From an uncultured bacterium (GTDB lineage: Bacteria; Verrucomicrobiota; Verrucomicrobiia; Limisphaerales; UBA8199), in the NCBI GenBank assembly GCA_963749495.1, contig CAVVMW010000005.1, positions 32,001 to 96,000 on the forward strand: a stretch of DNA of 64,000 bases, read 5' to 3'. Made by a program: the position numbers and the translations under genes. The notes beneath the pieces were generated by a model. That model was given only the letters and a program-made list of their open reading frames with translations. It had not been told where the DNA came from and did not search any database. The number at the start of each line of letters is the position of its first letter. Position 1 is the first letter of the stretch. Positions 32,574 to 42,966 of this stretch are shown here, one piece after another.

Positions 32574-32576
32574 TAA

Positions 32577-33640
32577 ATGACCTCTTCCCTGGTTAACCCT
32601 CACTTTGCCGAGCCGCACTGGGTGTGGTTGGCGGCGCTGGGGCCGGTGGCGCTGCTGGCCCTGCAACGGTATGCGGCGTGGATGCGGCGGCGGCACCTGG
32701 CGCGCATCGCCGCGCCACAGTTCGTGCAGGAGTTGACCGCCTCCCACAGCGCCATCCGCCGCGAGATCAAGAACGGGTTGCTCATACTGGCGGTGGCGGG
32801 GATCGGCCTGGCCCTGGCCCGGCCCCAGTGGGGCGAGCGCTCCGATGCCGGCTACTTGCTGGGCCAGGACATGGTCTTCGTGCTGGATTGCTCGCGCAGC
32901 ATGCTGGCCGCGGATGTCTCGCCCAGCCGCCTGCAGCGGGCCAAGCTCTCCATTCTGGATTACGTCCAGCGCCACGGGCGCGGCCGCGTCGGCCTGGTCG
33001 CCTTCGCTGGCCAGGCCTTCCTCCAGTGCCCCCTTACCTTCGATTACGGCGCCTTCCAGGAGGCGCTCAGCGCCCTGGACGACAAGACCATCCCGGTGCC
33101 GGGGACCGACATCGGCCGGGCGCTGGACGAGGGGTTCCACGCCATGGACAAGAGCGAACGGCTCAAGCTGCTGGTGCTGGTCACCGATGGTGAAGACCTC
33201 GAAGAGGCGGGGTGCGCGTGGCGGAATCGCTGGCCAAACGGGGCGTGGTCGTGTTCACGGTGGGCGTGGGCACGCCGGGGGGCACAGAGATCCAGGTCCT
33301 CAACGAGCAGGGCAAACCCGAATGGGTCCGCGACCGCAACGGCGAGGTCGTGCGCAGCCGCCTGGATGAAGACACCCTGCGCGCCATCGCCCAGGCGACG
33401 CACGGCTCCTATTTCCCGCTTGGGCCCCTGGGCGAGGGCTTGGCCAAGGTCCGGCTTGCCGTCCAGAGCCTCAACCCGCCGACCGGCTCCGCCCCCGGCC
33501 GCAAACTGGGCGTCAACCGTTTTCACTGGCCCGTGGGGGCGGTCCTGGTCCTCCTGGTGGCCGAGTCCCTCGTGGGAACAAGGAGGAGGGGCTCCGACCT
33601 GAAATCCGAAGCAGGCAGAAAAATGGGGGCAGAAAGATAA
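32577..33640 (+). CDS. BatB-like VWA domain protein, apparent frameshift near 33210
   Basis: LARPQWG, DCSRSM, PSRLQRAK, CPLTFDY, VTDGED, then VFTVGVGTPGG in the next frame. Confidence 0.88.
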
Positions 33641-33661
33641 GAGGCGGTTGCTGAATTAACC
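33601..33661. repeat. About 60-bp dispersed repeat; inverted near-identical copy at 43091-43157
   Basis: AGGCAGAAAAATGGGGGCAGAAAGATAAGAGGC shared; this copy contains the batB-like stop codon. Confidence 0.85.
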
Positions 33662-33677
33662 TGGAAGCTCCGATCCC

Positions 33678-33762
33678 AGACCTTTGTCGTAGCCTTTGTC
33701 GGCACCTTTGTCGAGAAATGGCCAATACGACAGAGGTTTCGACAAAGGCTGCGACAAAGGTC
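33678..33762. repeat. Palindromic 12-mer element (CCTTTGTCG.../...CGACAAAGG), copy 1 of 3
   Basis: Three CCTTTGTCG units, GGCCAAT spacer, three CGACA(A/G)AGG units. Confidence 0.9.
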
Positions 33763-33784
33763 CGGAATCAGGCCTCCCGGAGCG

Positions 33785-33847
33785 CGTTTCCCGTTTCCCG
33801 TTTCCCGTTTCCCGTTTCCCGTTTCCCGTTTCCCGTTTCACGTTTCA
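33785..33847. repeat. Heptamer array (CGTTTCC)x7 (CGTTTCA)x2
   Basis: Read directly; contains the stop codon of the GH5 gene. Confidence 0.97.
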
Positions 33848-34926
33848 CGCAAGACCTCAAGCATCTGCCGGTCCAGCTTGTGGCCGCGGAAGTCTTCGTA
33901 GGTGACATCGGCGCGGCCGCTGTCCAGCACGCCGAAGCCGCCGCGGAGGTTCCACAGGGCCCAGCCCCAGCCGGCCTCCTTCCAAAGGGCCAGGCAGTCG
34001 CGCATCCAGGCCAGAACGACCGCGTGGGGCGTCCGGTTGAAGGCGCCCCATTCGCCGACGTGCACGCCTACGCCCTTCTCTTCAAGCCGTTTCCAGGGCT
34101 CGATGCGGTTTGCGCGCAAGGTCTTCTGGTTGACCTCGCCGGGTTGGCCGGGGTGCAACGGCCAGGTTGGCTCGGGCCATTGGTCGGAGCCACGCATCCA
34201 ATTGGCCTTGTAATGCGAGATCTGCACCGGCTCATAACCGCGCGTGCTCTGCGCGATGCCCAGGGCTGCCAGTCCCATCACAGGTGTGCTGCCCCACTTT
34301 AGGCCGTCGGCAATAATGAGCCGCTGGGGGTCCTCGGCGCGGATGGCCTCGACCAGACGCCTGACCACCCGCACGTAAGTTGCCTCCGAGATATCCGGCG
34401 GTTCGTTGAGCAAATCGAAGCTCACGCGTTCGTTGGGAATGCCCTTGTAGCGCTTGGCCAAGTGCCCCCAGTGAAACGCACAGGCCTCGAGCGCCTTCTC
34501 GTCCCTCCACAAATCGAGCCGCTCCCGGGGCGGGTTCACGCAGTAACCGGGCGCGCGGTGCAGATTCAAGTTCACGTGTACCCTGTGCTTGCGGCCCAGC
34601 GCGACCGCCTGGTCCACGTCCTTCAACTCCCCCTCTCGCAGCGTCAACCAGTCGCCCGGCTCCGCCCAGCACCGATACGACATCGGCAGACGCACGAAAT
34701 CAAACCCCCACTCGCTCAGCACAGCGAAATCGCTCTCCTGGAAGGGCGGATTGCCTCCCTCATGCTGGGTGAATTTCTCGAGCAGGTTGAATCCGCGCCA
34801 GCGTGGCAGGTGCGCGGCGGTGGCAGGTTTCATCTCGGCCTCGGCGGCGCCCAGCGGCTGTGCGCAGAGGCCGGCCGCCCCAGCCGCGAGCACGCCGGCC
34901 TTTTGCAGGAATTCACGGCGATTCAT
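33838..34926 (-). CDS. Tat-exported glycoside hydrolase family 5
   Basis: NRREFL Tat motif; WRGFNL, FVRLP, LHRAPG, LLNEP (acid/base), VGEWG (nucleophile), WALWN. Confidence 0.92.
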   Translation of the reverse strand: MNRREFLQKAGVLAAGAAGLCAQPLGAAEAEMKPATAAHLPRWRGFNLLEKFTQHEGGNPPFQESDFAVLSEWGFDFVRLPMSYRCWAEPGDWLTLREGELKDVDQAVALGRKHRVHVNLNLHRAPGYCVNPPRERLDLWRDEKALEACAFHWGHLAKRYKGIPNERVSFDLLNEPPDISEATYVRVVRRLVEAIRAEDPQRLIIADGLKWGSTPVMGLAALGIAQSTRGYEPVQISHYKANWMRGSDQWPEPTWPLHPGQPGEVNQKTLRANRIEPWKRLEEKGVGVHVGEWGAFNRTPHAVVLAWMRDCLALWKEAGWGWALWNLRGGFGVLDSGRADVTYEDFRGHKLDRQMLEVLRET

Positions 34927-35076
34927 AACGCCCCCATGGAATACGCCTCCTCGAGCTGGATGTAAAAGCAAATGTCGGACAAGAAGGTTGCCGCGTGCTC
35001 AGTTGTGGGGGGCCAAAGCGGCGGGATACGCCGCACTCCGGACGCTTCGCGAGGGAGGGACGCGCGGGGAATATCG

Positions 35077-35162
35077 CGAAGCGTTTTGGACTGCGCCAGT
35101 CCTCTGGCGCTTTCTTTGCCTTGGAAATGCAAAAGCGCCGGAGGACTGGCGCAGTCCAAAAC
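35077..35162. repeat. REP-like inverted pair (TTTTGGACTGCGCCAGTCCTC); a half copy at 36687-36723
   Basis: Direct inverted-repeat match. Confidence 0.85.
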
Positions 35163-35195
35163 CTCGCGGGCTTCTTGACGGCCCAACCGGGCAGC

Positions 35196-36761
35196 TCAGC
35201 AAACCCTGCCCCCCTCGGCACTCGGTTTGGGCTTAGCCGCAATTGGCCCAGCCACGCTCCTGCCCCCGTCGAGCGAGCAGGTGATGAGGCTGAACTGAGG
35301 CGCCTCGCGCGCCCCGCGGCGACGCAGAAAACCCAAGGCAACGCAGCCTGAAGCCAAAATGGCGCCCGCGCAAAGGCTCAGGCGGCTGGAGGCCAACATC
35401 GGCCGCGGCGTTGTGGTCTTCTGGGGCGGCCTGGCGGGCTCAGGTGTCGGGGGCACGACGCGCGCGACATTCGAGGCCGGCGGGGGCGGCGTCACGACAG
35501 AGGTCGACGCTTGAGGCGGCGCGGCAGGTTCTGATACTGCCACCGCCGGGACCGGCGAGGGCGCGGCTTCCGGCGGGGCTGAAGCGAGCGAACTCGCGGG
35601 CGAGGAGGCCGGCGTTACCATGACATTGGCCGCGACGGAACTTGCCGATGGGCCGGGGCCGCCGGCGCTGGCGCCGCCCGTACGTTCACTTTCAGATGGC
35701 ACTTGGGCATGGGAAGGCGCTGTGGGGCAGACCTCTGGTCTGCCAGTTAACGGGGCCTCTGGCCCCGAGGTTCCGGAGTTGCCTGGTGTGTCCTCCCCCA
35801 AAAAAGACACGCCTCCAAAGGAGGCGTCAACTGGCGGACCGGAGGTCTGCCCCACGCTGGTGCTGTCCAGACCTGCCAGCGCAGGTTCCACGGGGATCTT
35901 TGGCGCCGGCTTGGGGTTGACCGGGCTCTCCGCTCTTGCCGTCTGGCCCGCATCCGGCAGCGGCTTCCTGCCGGAGAGGATGAGCGGCGGCGCGACTGGC
36001 GGCGGGACCATTTGCGCGGCCGGCTGCGGCGCGGGGGCGGGCGGTCCCTCTCGGACGACGGGCCGCTCCGGCGGGGGCATGGGCGGAAACTCGACCGGCT
36101 CGGACGCCGGCCTCACGGAGCAATTGGTGAGCTTGCCATTCCTGGCCCGCAGGACGGTCACCAGCGGCACCCGTTGATTCTGCCGCTCACTGTGCCAGCG
36201 CGCAAACAGGTCGTTGATCCGTTCATCGAAAGGCGTGCCGTGGATTTGCGAGCCGCCGGTCGAGATCAGGATGATCGTGAGGGCCTCGGAGTCCTTGACG
36301 ACGCCCTCCAGAGCGCCCATGACCTTGCCGAGGTTGGGCTGGTTTTCGTAATGCCGGGCCTTGAGAAAGCCCAGGGCGCGCCCGCCAATCGCCTGCTGCT
36401 GCCCGGGCGCCCAGACCTCCAACGGGAAGAGTCCCGCGTAGAGGTCCTGGTTGAAGGTCCACAGGCCCACCGTGTCGCCGCCGCGCAACTGGCCCTGCAT
36501 CGCACCCCCCAGCAACTCCTGCACGGTCCGAAGCATCGCCTTGGACCGGGTCCGCATCGAGCGGGACGTTTCGACAACCAGCAGGTATCGGCTGCCGCCG
36601 CCAGACGGAGCCGCCGGCTGGGCCGCCGGCGCCGGGCCGGCCAGCGCCAGCAAGAGCGCCGCGGTGAAGGCCGCGCGGCCCAGAGCGCGAAGCGTTTTGG
36701 ACTGCGCCAGTCCTCTGGCGCTTTTGTGCTCCCAGGGGCCGGAAGAGCGGTCCCGACGCAT
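35196..36761 (-). CDS. Exported VWA-like protein with Pro/Ser-rich stalk and C-terminal TM anchor
   Basis: Signal h-region; YLLVVETSRSM (degenerate MIDAS); GDTVGLWTFN; C-terminal hydrophobic segment plus RRR; start uncertain. Confidence 0.7.
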   Translation of the reverse strand: MRRDRSSGPWEHKSARGLAQSKTLRALGRAAFTAALLLALAGPAPAAQPAAPSGGGSRYLLVVETSRSMRTRSKAMLRTVQELLGGAMQGQLRGGDTVGLWTFNQDLYAGLFPLEVWAPGQQQAIGGRALGFLKARHYENQPNLGKVMGALEGVVKDSEALTIILISTGGSQIHGTPFDERINDLFARWHSERQNQRVPLVTVLRARNGKLTNCSVRPASEPVEFPPMPPPERPVVREGPPAPAPQPAAQMVPPPVAPPLILSGRKPLPDAGQTARAESPVNPKPAPKIPVEPALAGLDSTSVGQTSGPPVDASFGGVSFLGEDTPGNSGTSGPEAPLTGRPEVCPTAPSHAQVPSESERTGGASAGGPGPSASSVAANVMVTPASSPASSLASAPPEAAPSPVPAVAVSEPAAPPQASTSVVTPPPPASNVARVVPPTPEPARPPQKTTTPRPMLASSRLSLCAGAILASGCVALGFLRRRGAREAPQFSLITCSLDGGRSVAGPIAAKPKPSAEGGRVC

Positions 36762-36801
36762 CGGGACCGCAGTCCGTAACCTTGCGGGCCTGCCGGTCCG
36801 T

Positions 36802-37285
36802 TCATGCAGGGCCCTGTGGCCGCCGACGCTCGAACCGGTGCCGCTCCCGCCGATTGTGGAGTTTGATGTCGTCATGCATCTCTGCCAGCGTGCTCTCGAC
36901 AGTCTGGATGAAATTGAGACAACTGGACGCCAACCCGCCCAGGCTCAGCACCGTCTCCCGCTCGGCGTGGTCGTCGGTCACCGCCAGCACTTCGCCGTAG
37001 CGGCTGAAGGCATAGGCGGCCCGTTCGATCATCTGGTCGGCCGTTTGGCCGCGCCTCGAGGTAGAGCACTTCGACTTTGGCATCCGATGGAGCATCCGGC
37101 GTGCCGGGCGGCCGGTTGCCGTCGAAAAAGATGGTGACCGGCGTGCCGGTGGCGTCCTGGTAGAGCGTGAGCCGCGCAATCAACTCCCCGCGGGCCAACG
37201 CGGAATACCGCGCCTTGCCCGGCGCCAACCGCGGCCAGTTGTGCAGGAGGCTGTAGCCATCCACCAATATGCGCACCAGCGCCAT
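36802..37285 (-). CDS. YacP-like NYN-domain protein, apparent frameshift near 37057
   Basis: ILVDGYSLL, IFFDG, TADQMIER, VTDD. Confidence 0.85.
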
Positions 37286-37336
37286 GAGGAAAGATAAACC
37301 CAGAGGGCCTGCCCAACCAAGCACATCATACACGAA

Positions 37337-37491
37337 GGGTCGAGGGTCGAGGGGCGAGGGGCGAGGGACGAGCGTCGAGGGGCGAGGGGCGGCCAAGCTG
37401 GGACGCCAACGGCGTCGTTCATACCAGCCCAGGGCAACGCCCTGGGGACCGCCGCCCAAAAGCCATTCTGAGCGCTGAAGGCGCGATTCAT
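37337..37491. repeat. GGG(G/T)CGA heptamers followed by REP-like hairpins
   Basis: GACGCCAACGGCGTC, CCCAGGGCAACGCCCTGGG, GCGCTGAAGGCGC. Confidence 0.75.
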
Positions 37492-37584
37492 CCTGCTCCT
37501 TTTAGGTTCAGTCGTGCGCCCCAACCGCCTTTTCTCCAGTTTTCCGCGCTTGTTGAGCGGGAGATTTCCTGCTAGTGTTTCCTC

Positions 37585-37815
37585 ATGAACGTCAGTGACG
37601 AGATCCTGGATTTTCTGGTCCAACAGATTCCTGCGCAATCGTTGGCGAATTTCAGGGCATCGGAAGAGGCGCGCCAACGAATATGGACTTTGATCGCCAA
37701 AGAAAAGGAATCCGGCCTCCTGCCCGAGGGAAAAGTGGAACTCGACGATTTTCTGAAGCTCGAACACTTGGTCGTCCTTGCGAAAGCCAAAGCTTTGGCC
37801 GCCGGGCATAGCTGA
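37585..37815 (+). CDS. Small antitoxin-like hypothetical protein
   Basis: EILDFL...FRASEEARQRI...ELDDFLKLEHL; followed by an HNH-like relic. Confidence 0.65.
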   Translation: MNVSDEILDFLVQQIPAQSLANFRASEEARQRIWTLIAKEKESGLLPEGKVELDDFLKLEHLVVLAKAKALAAGHS

Positions 37816-37880
37816 TGTCATCAGCCAGCAGTTGCGACGCGAAGTCCGGGCGCGGGCTGGCGGGCGCTGTGAGTCTTGTG
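37816..37880 (+). pseudogene. 5' relic of an HNH endonuclease
   Basis: ISQQLRREVRARAGGRCE matches the usual HNH start, then breaks off. Confidence 0.5.
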
Positions 37881-37933
37881 GGCGTCTGAGGGGGTTTCTC
37901 TTGTGTCGTCGGACGACGTTGCGCAAAGGCCTT

Positions 37934-38539
37934 TCAATCTGGATAAGGGCCGAGGAAACGCCCGCCGTTGAAGTGAATCAAATGGTCCGGCGCCTCCGCG
38001 ATCCACACTTCTGTCTCCCAGGAAATGAGTGGCAGGAAACCCTGCATCACGCGTCGCGTCTCGAATGCGGTCACCAAGACCAGCCCGGCTTTGCAGCCTT
38101 TGAAAAGTTCTCTCAGTTCGTTCCGGCGTTTCCAATCCACCGCCCCCGCGCTCATGACGGCTTCCACCAGCAGCAGCCAGTTGCGTTTCGTGTCATGCAC
38201 GACAACGTTCGGCATTTTCGCGGAAGGCGCAATCACCACGCCCAAGCCTTCGAGATAGGCCGCTTCAAGATGCAAGAACTTGCTCTCCGCGTCACCGATG
38301 TAAACAACCGTCGCGCCCGGCGCGAAGCGTGGACAAAACTCCTCGATGATTTTTTTGATGAGAGGATTCTGCCCGCCAGGCGAGAGCGTCACGGTTTCGC
38401 CTGACGGCAGTTTCACAGGGATGCGCGCCAGATTGCGCTCGCGTTCCACGGCCTGACGAATTCTCGCGCGGTTCGCCAGATATTCCTTCAACTGTGCCGG
38501 CCTCCGCTTCGTTCCGAAAACATGCACTCGTATTGCCAT
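37934..38539 (-). pseudogene. C-terminal part of a BsuBI/PstI-family type II restriction endonuclease
   Basis: LSPGGQNPLIKKIIEEFCPRF, KMP(N)VV, LVEAV, VTAF, WETEVW, HLIHFNGGRFLGPY; N-terminal domain and MTase absent. Confidence 0.85.
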
Positions 38540-38620
38540 GTTAAGTAGTACCAGGCAAAAAACCCTTAAATTCCGTCAGAAAGCAAGGACAAAAGCCCCG
38601 CGAACGCACGATCAACGGCC

Positions 38621-39045
38621 TCATCGTGGGCAGTGCCTGCTCCCACGTGAGGCCAGAAGTTTTCCCTGCTTCAACCATCCGGTCTCATCCAAAACCCACT
38701 CTTGCAGAGGCTCGATTGCCGGGATCATCTCCCGCCGAATGGCTTGCCAAACCACCCGGGCCGGCCATCGGCCCTCTGCGATGAACTGCTGGAGCTTTTG
38801 GCGATCAACGCGAAGCCGCTCAGCCATAGGCTCGATTGACTTGCGCTGGCCCGGCATCAGCAGCCCCTGCACATAGAGCGCCGCGCCCTCGCGACGCTTG
38901 CTCCGGCCGATGTTCGCCACCAGTGGTTTGATGAACTCTTGCACTTGCGCGATTTTTCGCCGCGTTTGATCCAGGTTCCACCTCATGCCCAGAAACAATG
39001 GCAGACCGGAAAAATGGTGTCAACCACTTAACCGAACAACACTAG
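38621..39045 (-). mobile_element. Truncated IS701-family element (5' end plus transposase N-terminus)
   Basis: YVQGLLMPGQRKSIEPMAERL, LQQFI, VLDETGWLKQG; end begins CTAGTGTTGTTCGGTTAAGT. Confidence 0.8.
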
Positions 39046-39506
39046 AAGGAGATGCTCCACGTCGAATAAATGCCCTTCGCCTTCGAGAACACCTCAGCTA
39101 GGGTGAGTTCCATGTGATCTCCAGTCGTGGTGTTTACGAACGCAAACCTGAATTGTTCCCTCAGGCTCTGAGCTACCAGGACTTCAGCTCCAGAGAGGCC
39201 GAAAAAGAAAGCAGAGAAATCTGGTTTCAACCTCTTCCTGGTGGATTTGACCTCGAAGATCGTTAAGTTCCTCAGGTTCTTCTCGACATCGGAAAGCTCA
39301 TCCAGGTTGACCTGAGTCGGCGACTTCACGATGTCGAAGGCCCGGCCATAGACAAGCTTCCCCTTTTTCGCGAAGGCCACGAGGAGATTCGCCTTCTGCC
39401 TTGAGGTTGGCACCACAAATCCATCATTCAGGGCCACAAGGATTTCACAAGCCTTTTTGGCCGTTTGTTGCCCAGATTGCCAGTCCTCTGAGGTGCTGGT
39501 TTTCAT
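39042..39506 (-). CDS. Small PD-(D/E)XK nuclease-like protein
   Basis: AFDIV...IFEVKST spacing; lower GC than neighbours. Confidence 0.6.
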   Translation of the reverse strand: MKTSTSEDWQSGQQTAKKACEILVALNDGFVVPTSRQKANLLVAFAKKGKLVYGRAFDIVKSPTQVNLDELSDVEKNLRNLTIFEVKSTRKRLKPDFSAFFFGLSGAEVLVAQSLREQFRFAFVNTTTGDHMELTLAEVFSKAKGIYSTWSISF

Positions 39507-39778
39507 TCGTTCGCAGCCTGACGCCCCGATGCTCCGCGGAGCCGTTTCGAAAAAACCGCTGCGAAGTTTTCGATGGTCGTTCCCAACGCCTTGCAGACGA
39601 GCACAGTCTCAACAAAATCCAACCGGCGCTCGCCAGTTTCGTACTTGCTGACGTAGCTCTGGGGAGCATCCAGCCTGGTGGCGACTTGCAACTGGGTAAG
39701 CCCCTTGCTCAACCGAATCTCCTTGAGAAGCGGAACAAACACTTCGCGGTATTGCGCCGGGTTCTTCAAAACCTGCAC
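39503..39778 (-). CDS. XRE-family HTH regulator
   Basis: LKEIRLSKGLTQLQVATRL...QSYVSKYETGERRLD; ATGA overlap with the downstream gene; start uncertain. Confidence 0.88.
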   Translation of the reverse strand: MQVLKNPAQYREVFVPLLKEIRLSKGLTQLQVATRLDAPQSYVSKYETGERRLDFVETVLVCKALGTTIENFAAVFSKRLRGASGRQAANE

Positions 39779-39977
39779 ATGATTATCCAATTGAACGAAA
39801 TAACCCAAAATAGGATATTCGGGGCATGAGGGGATTTGAGATCGACAGGAAGCTCCTGCACGAAGCCCTTCACCCCACTACCGTCCGATTCCCGAACGGG
39901 GAGGTCCTCGCCCCCTGTCCCTCGCCCACGCGACTATTTGGCTTGTTCGGCGCCTGTAACTGGTTTATCCCATTGCG

Positions 39978-41078
39978 GTGATCATTGGCGTTCCCAAGGA
40001 AATCAAAGACCAGGAGTACCGGGTGGCGTTATTGCCCTCGGCGGCGTATCAACTGATCCGGCGCGGCCACGAGGTGCTGGTCGAGCGCAATGCCGGCGCG
40101 GGCGCGGGCTATCCGGACGAGGATTATGCGCAAGCAGGGGCGACGCTGGTGGAGGACCACGCGGTGCCATTCGAGAAGGCGGAGCTGGTGGTGAAGGTCA
40201 AGGAACCGCTCCCCTCGGAGTATGGGCTGCTGCGGCCGGGCCAGCTTCTGTTCACCTACCTGCACTTGGCAGCGAGCCGTTCGCTGACCGAGGCGCTGCT
40301 CAAGGCGCGGGTGACGGGCCTGGCTTACGAGACGATCGAGATGAACCGGCGGCTGCCGCTGCTGGAGCCGATGAGCGAGATTGCGGGGCGGATGTCGATC
40401 CTGGTCGGCGGGTATTTCCTGGCCAAGCACGTTGGCGGGAGCGGCGTGCTGCTCGGGGGCGTGCCGGGCGTGCTGCCCGGGCGTGTCGTGGTGCTGGGCG
40501 GCGGCACCTCCGGCATCAACGCCGCCCGCATGGCGCAGGGCCTGGGCGCGGATGTGACCGTGCTCGAAGTGGACTGGGAACGGATGCGTTTCCTGGACAT
40601 CACGCTGCACACCGCGCACACCCTCTACTCGAATGAGGCCCATCTGCTGGACTTGCTCCCCTCGGTCAACCTGCTCATCGGGGCCGTGCTCGTGCCGGGC
40701 GCCAAGGCGCCAAGACTGATCCGGCGCGACATGCTCCGGCGCATGCACCCCGGCAGCGTGCTGGTGGACATCGCGATCGACCAGGGCGGCTGCGCCGAGA
40801 CCTCGCGCCCGACGACCCACGACGACCCGGTCTTCGTCGAGGAAGGCGTCATGCACTATTGCGTGGCCAACATGCCGGCGGTTTACGCCCGGACCGCCAC
40901 CCAGGCCCTGACCAGTGCCACCTACCGCTTCATCGAGTGGCTGGCCGATTTGGGCCTGGCCGAGGCCTGCCAGCGCCAGCCCGCCCTCCTGAGCGGCATC
41001 AACGTCATGGACGGCATGGTCACTCACAAGGCGGTGGCCGAGGCGCACGGATTGCAGTGGAACAGCCCGAGGTTGTAG
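39978..41078 (+). CDS. ald: Alanine dehydrogenase
   Basis: IGVPKEIKDQEYRV, VKVKEP, FTYLHLA, PMSEIAGR, DIAIDQGGC, HYCVANMP. Confidence 0.97.
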   Translation: MIIGVPKEIKDQEYRVALLPSAAYQLIRRGHEVLVERNAGAGAGYPDEDYAQAGATLVEDHAVPFEKAELVVKVKEPLPSEYGLLRPGQLLFTYLHLAASRSLTEALLKARVTGLAYETIEMNRRLPLLEPMSEIAGRMSILVGGYFLAKHVGGSGVLLGGVPGVLPGRVVVLGGGTSGINAARMAQGLGADVTVLEVDWERMRFLDITLHTAHTLYSNEAHLLDLLPSVNLLIGAVLVPGAKAPRLIRRDMLRRMHPGSVLVDIAIDQGGCAETSRPTTHDDPVFVEEGVMHYCVANMPAVYARTATQALTSATYRFIEWLADLGLAEACQRQPALLSGINVMDGMVTHKAVAEAHGLQWNSPRL

Positions 41079-41086
41079 TCTGCTTC

Positions 41087-41182
41087 CAGACCTTTGTCGC
41101 AGCCTTTGTCGGAACCTTTGTCGAAAAGCGGCCAATCCGACAAAGGTTGCGACAAAGGTTGCGACAAAGGTTGCGACAAAGG
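41087..41182. repeat. Palindromic 12-mer element, copy 2
   Basis: Three CCTTTGTCG units and four CGACAAAGG units. Confidence 0.92.
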
Positions 41183-41416
41183 GGCCTGGCCCAGGTCCTC
41201 CGATGCTTAGCCGTGTGCTACGCGGCCTTGGGCAGGGGACGAACTTGCCGTTCGATCCGGCTCCGTCTGCCCTCCAGTGGTATGTCCGTCGAGAGGATAT
41301 CAGGGTCTCGTGGCGCCCATACAGGGCGCCGGAGGTTACGGGCCGATAACCTGGGCCTCCGCTCGCAAGCTCGCTCCAGCCCAGGCTTTCACATGTCGGG
41401 CTTTCAGCCCGAATCC

Positions 41417-41488
41417 GGACCTTTGTCGCAGCCTTTGTCGGAACCTTTGTCGGAAAGCGGCCAATCCGACAAAGGTTGCGACAAAGGT
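41417..41488. repeat. Palindromic 12-mer element, copy 3
   Basis: Three CCTTTGTCG units and two CGACAAAGG units. Confidence 0.9.
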
Positions 41489-41587
41489 TATGGCCCCATG
41501 ACCTGCGCCTCCGCTCGTGCCGGGGTAACACCGCGGCCTCTCACTTTCCTGTCGCCCAATCCCAGCCTCGCGGGTAATATACGTTCG

Positions 41588-42966
41588 ATGAACGTTCCTG
41601 TATTCCTTCGCCGCGAGGGCTCAACGCTCCGGGTTTGGCTGGCTTTGGGCGCGGTGTGCGGCCTGTTCGGGGGGCCCAACGCCCTTTTTGGCGAAGACTG
41701 GCCCCAGTGGCTGGGCCCAACCGCGACGCCGTCTGGCGCGAGGGCGGGATCGTCGAGCGGTTTCCCGCCAACGGCCCGCCGGTTTGCTGGCGGACCCCTA
41801 TCGGCTCGGGATACTCGGGCCCGGTCGTTTCCGGCGGGCGCGTGTACGTCACCGACCGCCAGCTTGCCCGGGGGACCAACAACCCGGCCGAGCCGTCCCG
41901 GCAAGGGCCGGTCCACGGCGGCGAGCGGGTGCTCTGCCTGGACGAGCGGAGCGGGTCGTTGCTGTGGGAGCGGGCCTATGAATGCGCTTACACGGTGAGC
42001 TACCCGGCGGGGCCGCGCGTGGCCCCGCTGGTCAACGGCGGGCGGGTCTTCACCCTGGGCGCCGAAGGGAACCTTTTCTGCCTGGAGGCGACGAACGGGG
42101 CGGTGGTGTGGTCGCGGGATTTAAAGAAGGACTACGGCGTGAAGGCGCCGCAGTGGGGCTTCGCCGGGCACCCGTTGCTGGACGGCAACCGCTTGATCTG
42201 CCTGGTCGGCGGGGCCGGCACCACGGCAGTCGCCTTCGACAAAGACACCGGCAAGGAGGTCTGGCGCGCCCTGAGCGCCGCAGAGCCCGGCTACAGTTCG
42301 CCAGTGATCTATGAGGCGGGCGGCACACGCCAACTCATCCTGTGGCACCCCGAGGCGGTCAATTCCCTCAACCCGGCCACCGGCGAGGTCTATTGGTCGG
42401 TCCCCTTCAGTTCCCGCACCGGCCTGTGCGTGGCCACGCCGCGCAAGCTCGGCGACTTGCTCCTGGTGAGCGCCTTTTACAACGGCTCGCTGATGCTCCG
42501 GCTCGATCCGGACCGGCCCGCCGCCACGGCAGTCTGGCGCACCCAAAAGGCCACTGAGATGCAAACCACTCACCTCAATGCCATTATCTGCACCCCATTC
42601 CTCGAAGATGGATACATCTACGGGGTCTGCAGCTACGGCCAATTGCGCTGCCTCAAGGCCGATACCGGGGCGCGCCTCTGGGAGACCTTCAAGGCCACCA
42701 CCGCCGGCAGCCCCGTCCGCTGGGCCAATGCCTTCCTCATCAAGAACGGCAACCGGTTCTTCCTCTTCAACGAGGGCGGCAACCTCATCATCGCCCGCCT
42801 CACCCCGCGCGGCTACGAGGAAATCAGCCGCGCGCACGTCCTCGAACCGGCCAATGCCGACCCCGGCCGCCATGTCGTCTGGTCTCACCCCGCATTCGCC
42901 AACCGCCGCATGTACGCCCGCAACGACAAGGAGATCATCTGCGTGGACCTGGCGGCACAGCCGTGA
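41588..42966 (+). CDS. PQQ-like beta-propeller secreted protein, apparent frameshift near 41718
   Basis: EDWPQWLGP|NRD start; GYSGPVV, GYSSPV, WSHPAFANRRMYARN. Confidence 0.88.

Noticed and set aside
39818..39850. tRNA 3' end or tmRNA 5' end marking an att site
   Set aside because: Only loose similarity (TCAAATCCCCTCATGCCCCG on the minus strand); no cloverleaf, CCA or second copy
41087..41488. CRISPR array from the CGACAAAGG repeats
   Set aside because: 12-nt period in inverted arms, no unique spacers, no cas genes
40029..41531. Long antisense ORFs (also 55665-57509, 59979-61472, 13344-14534, 27628-28776)
   Set aside because: Shadows of real GC-rich genes on the opposite strand with no recognisable motifs
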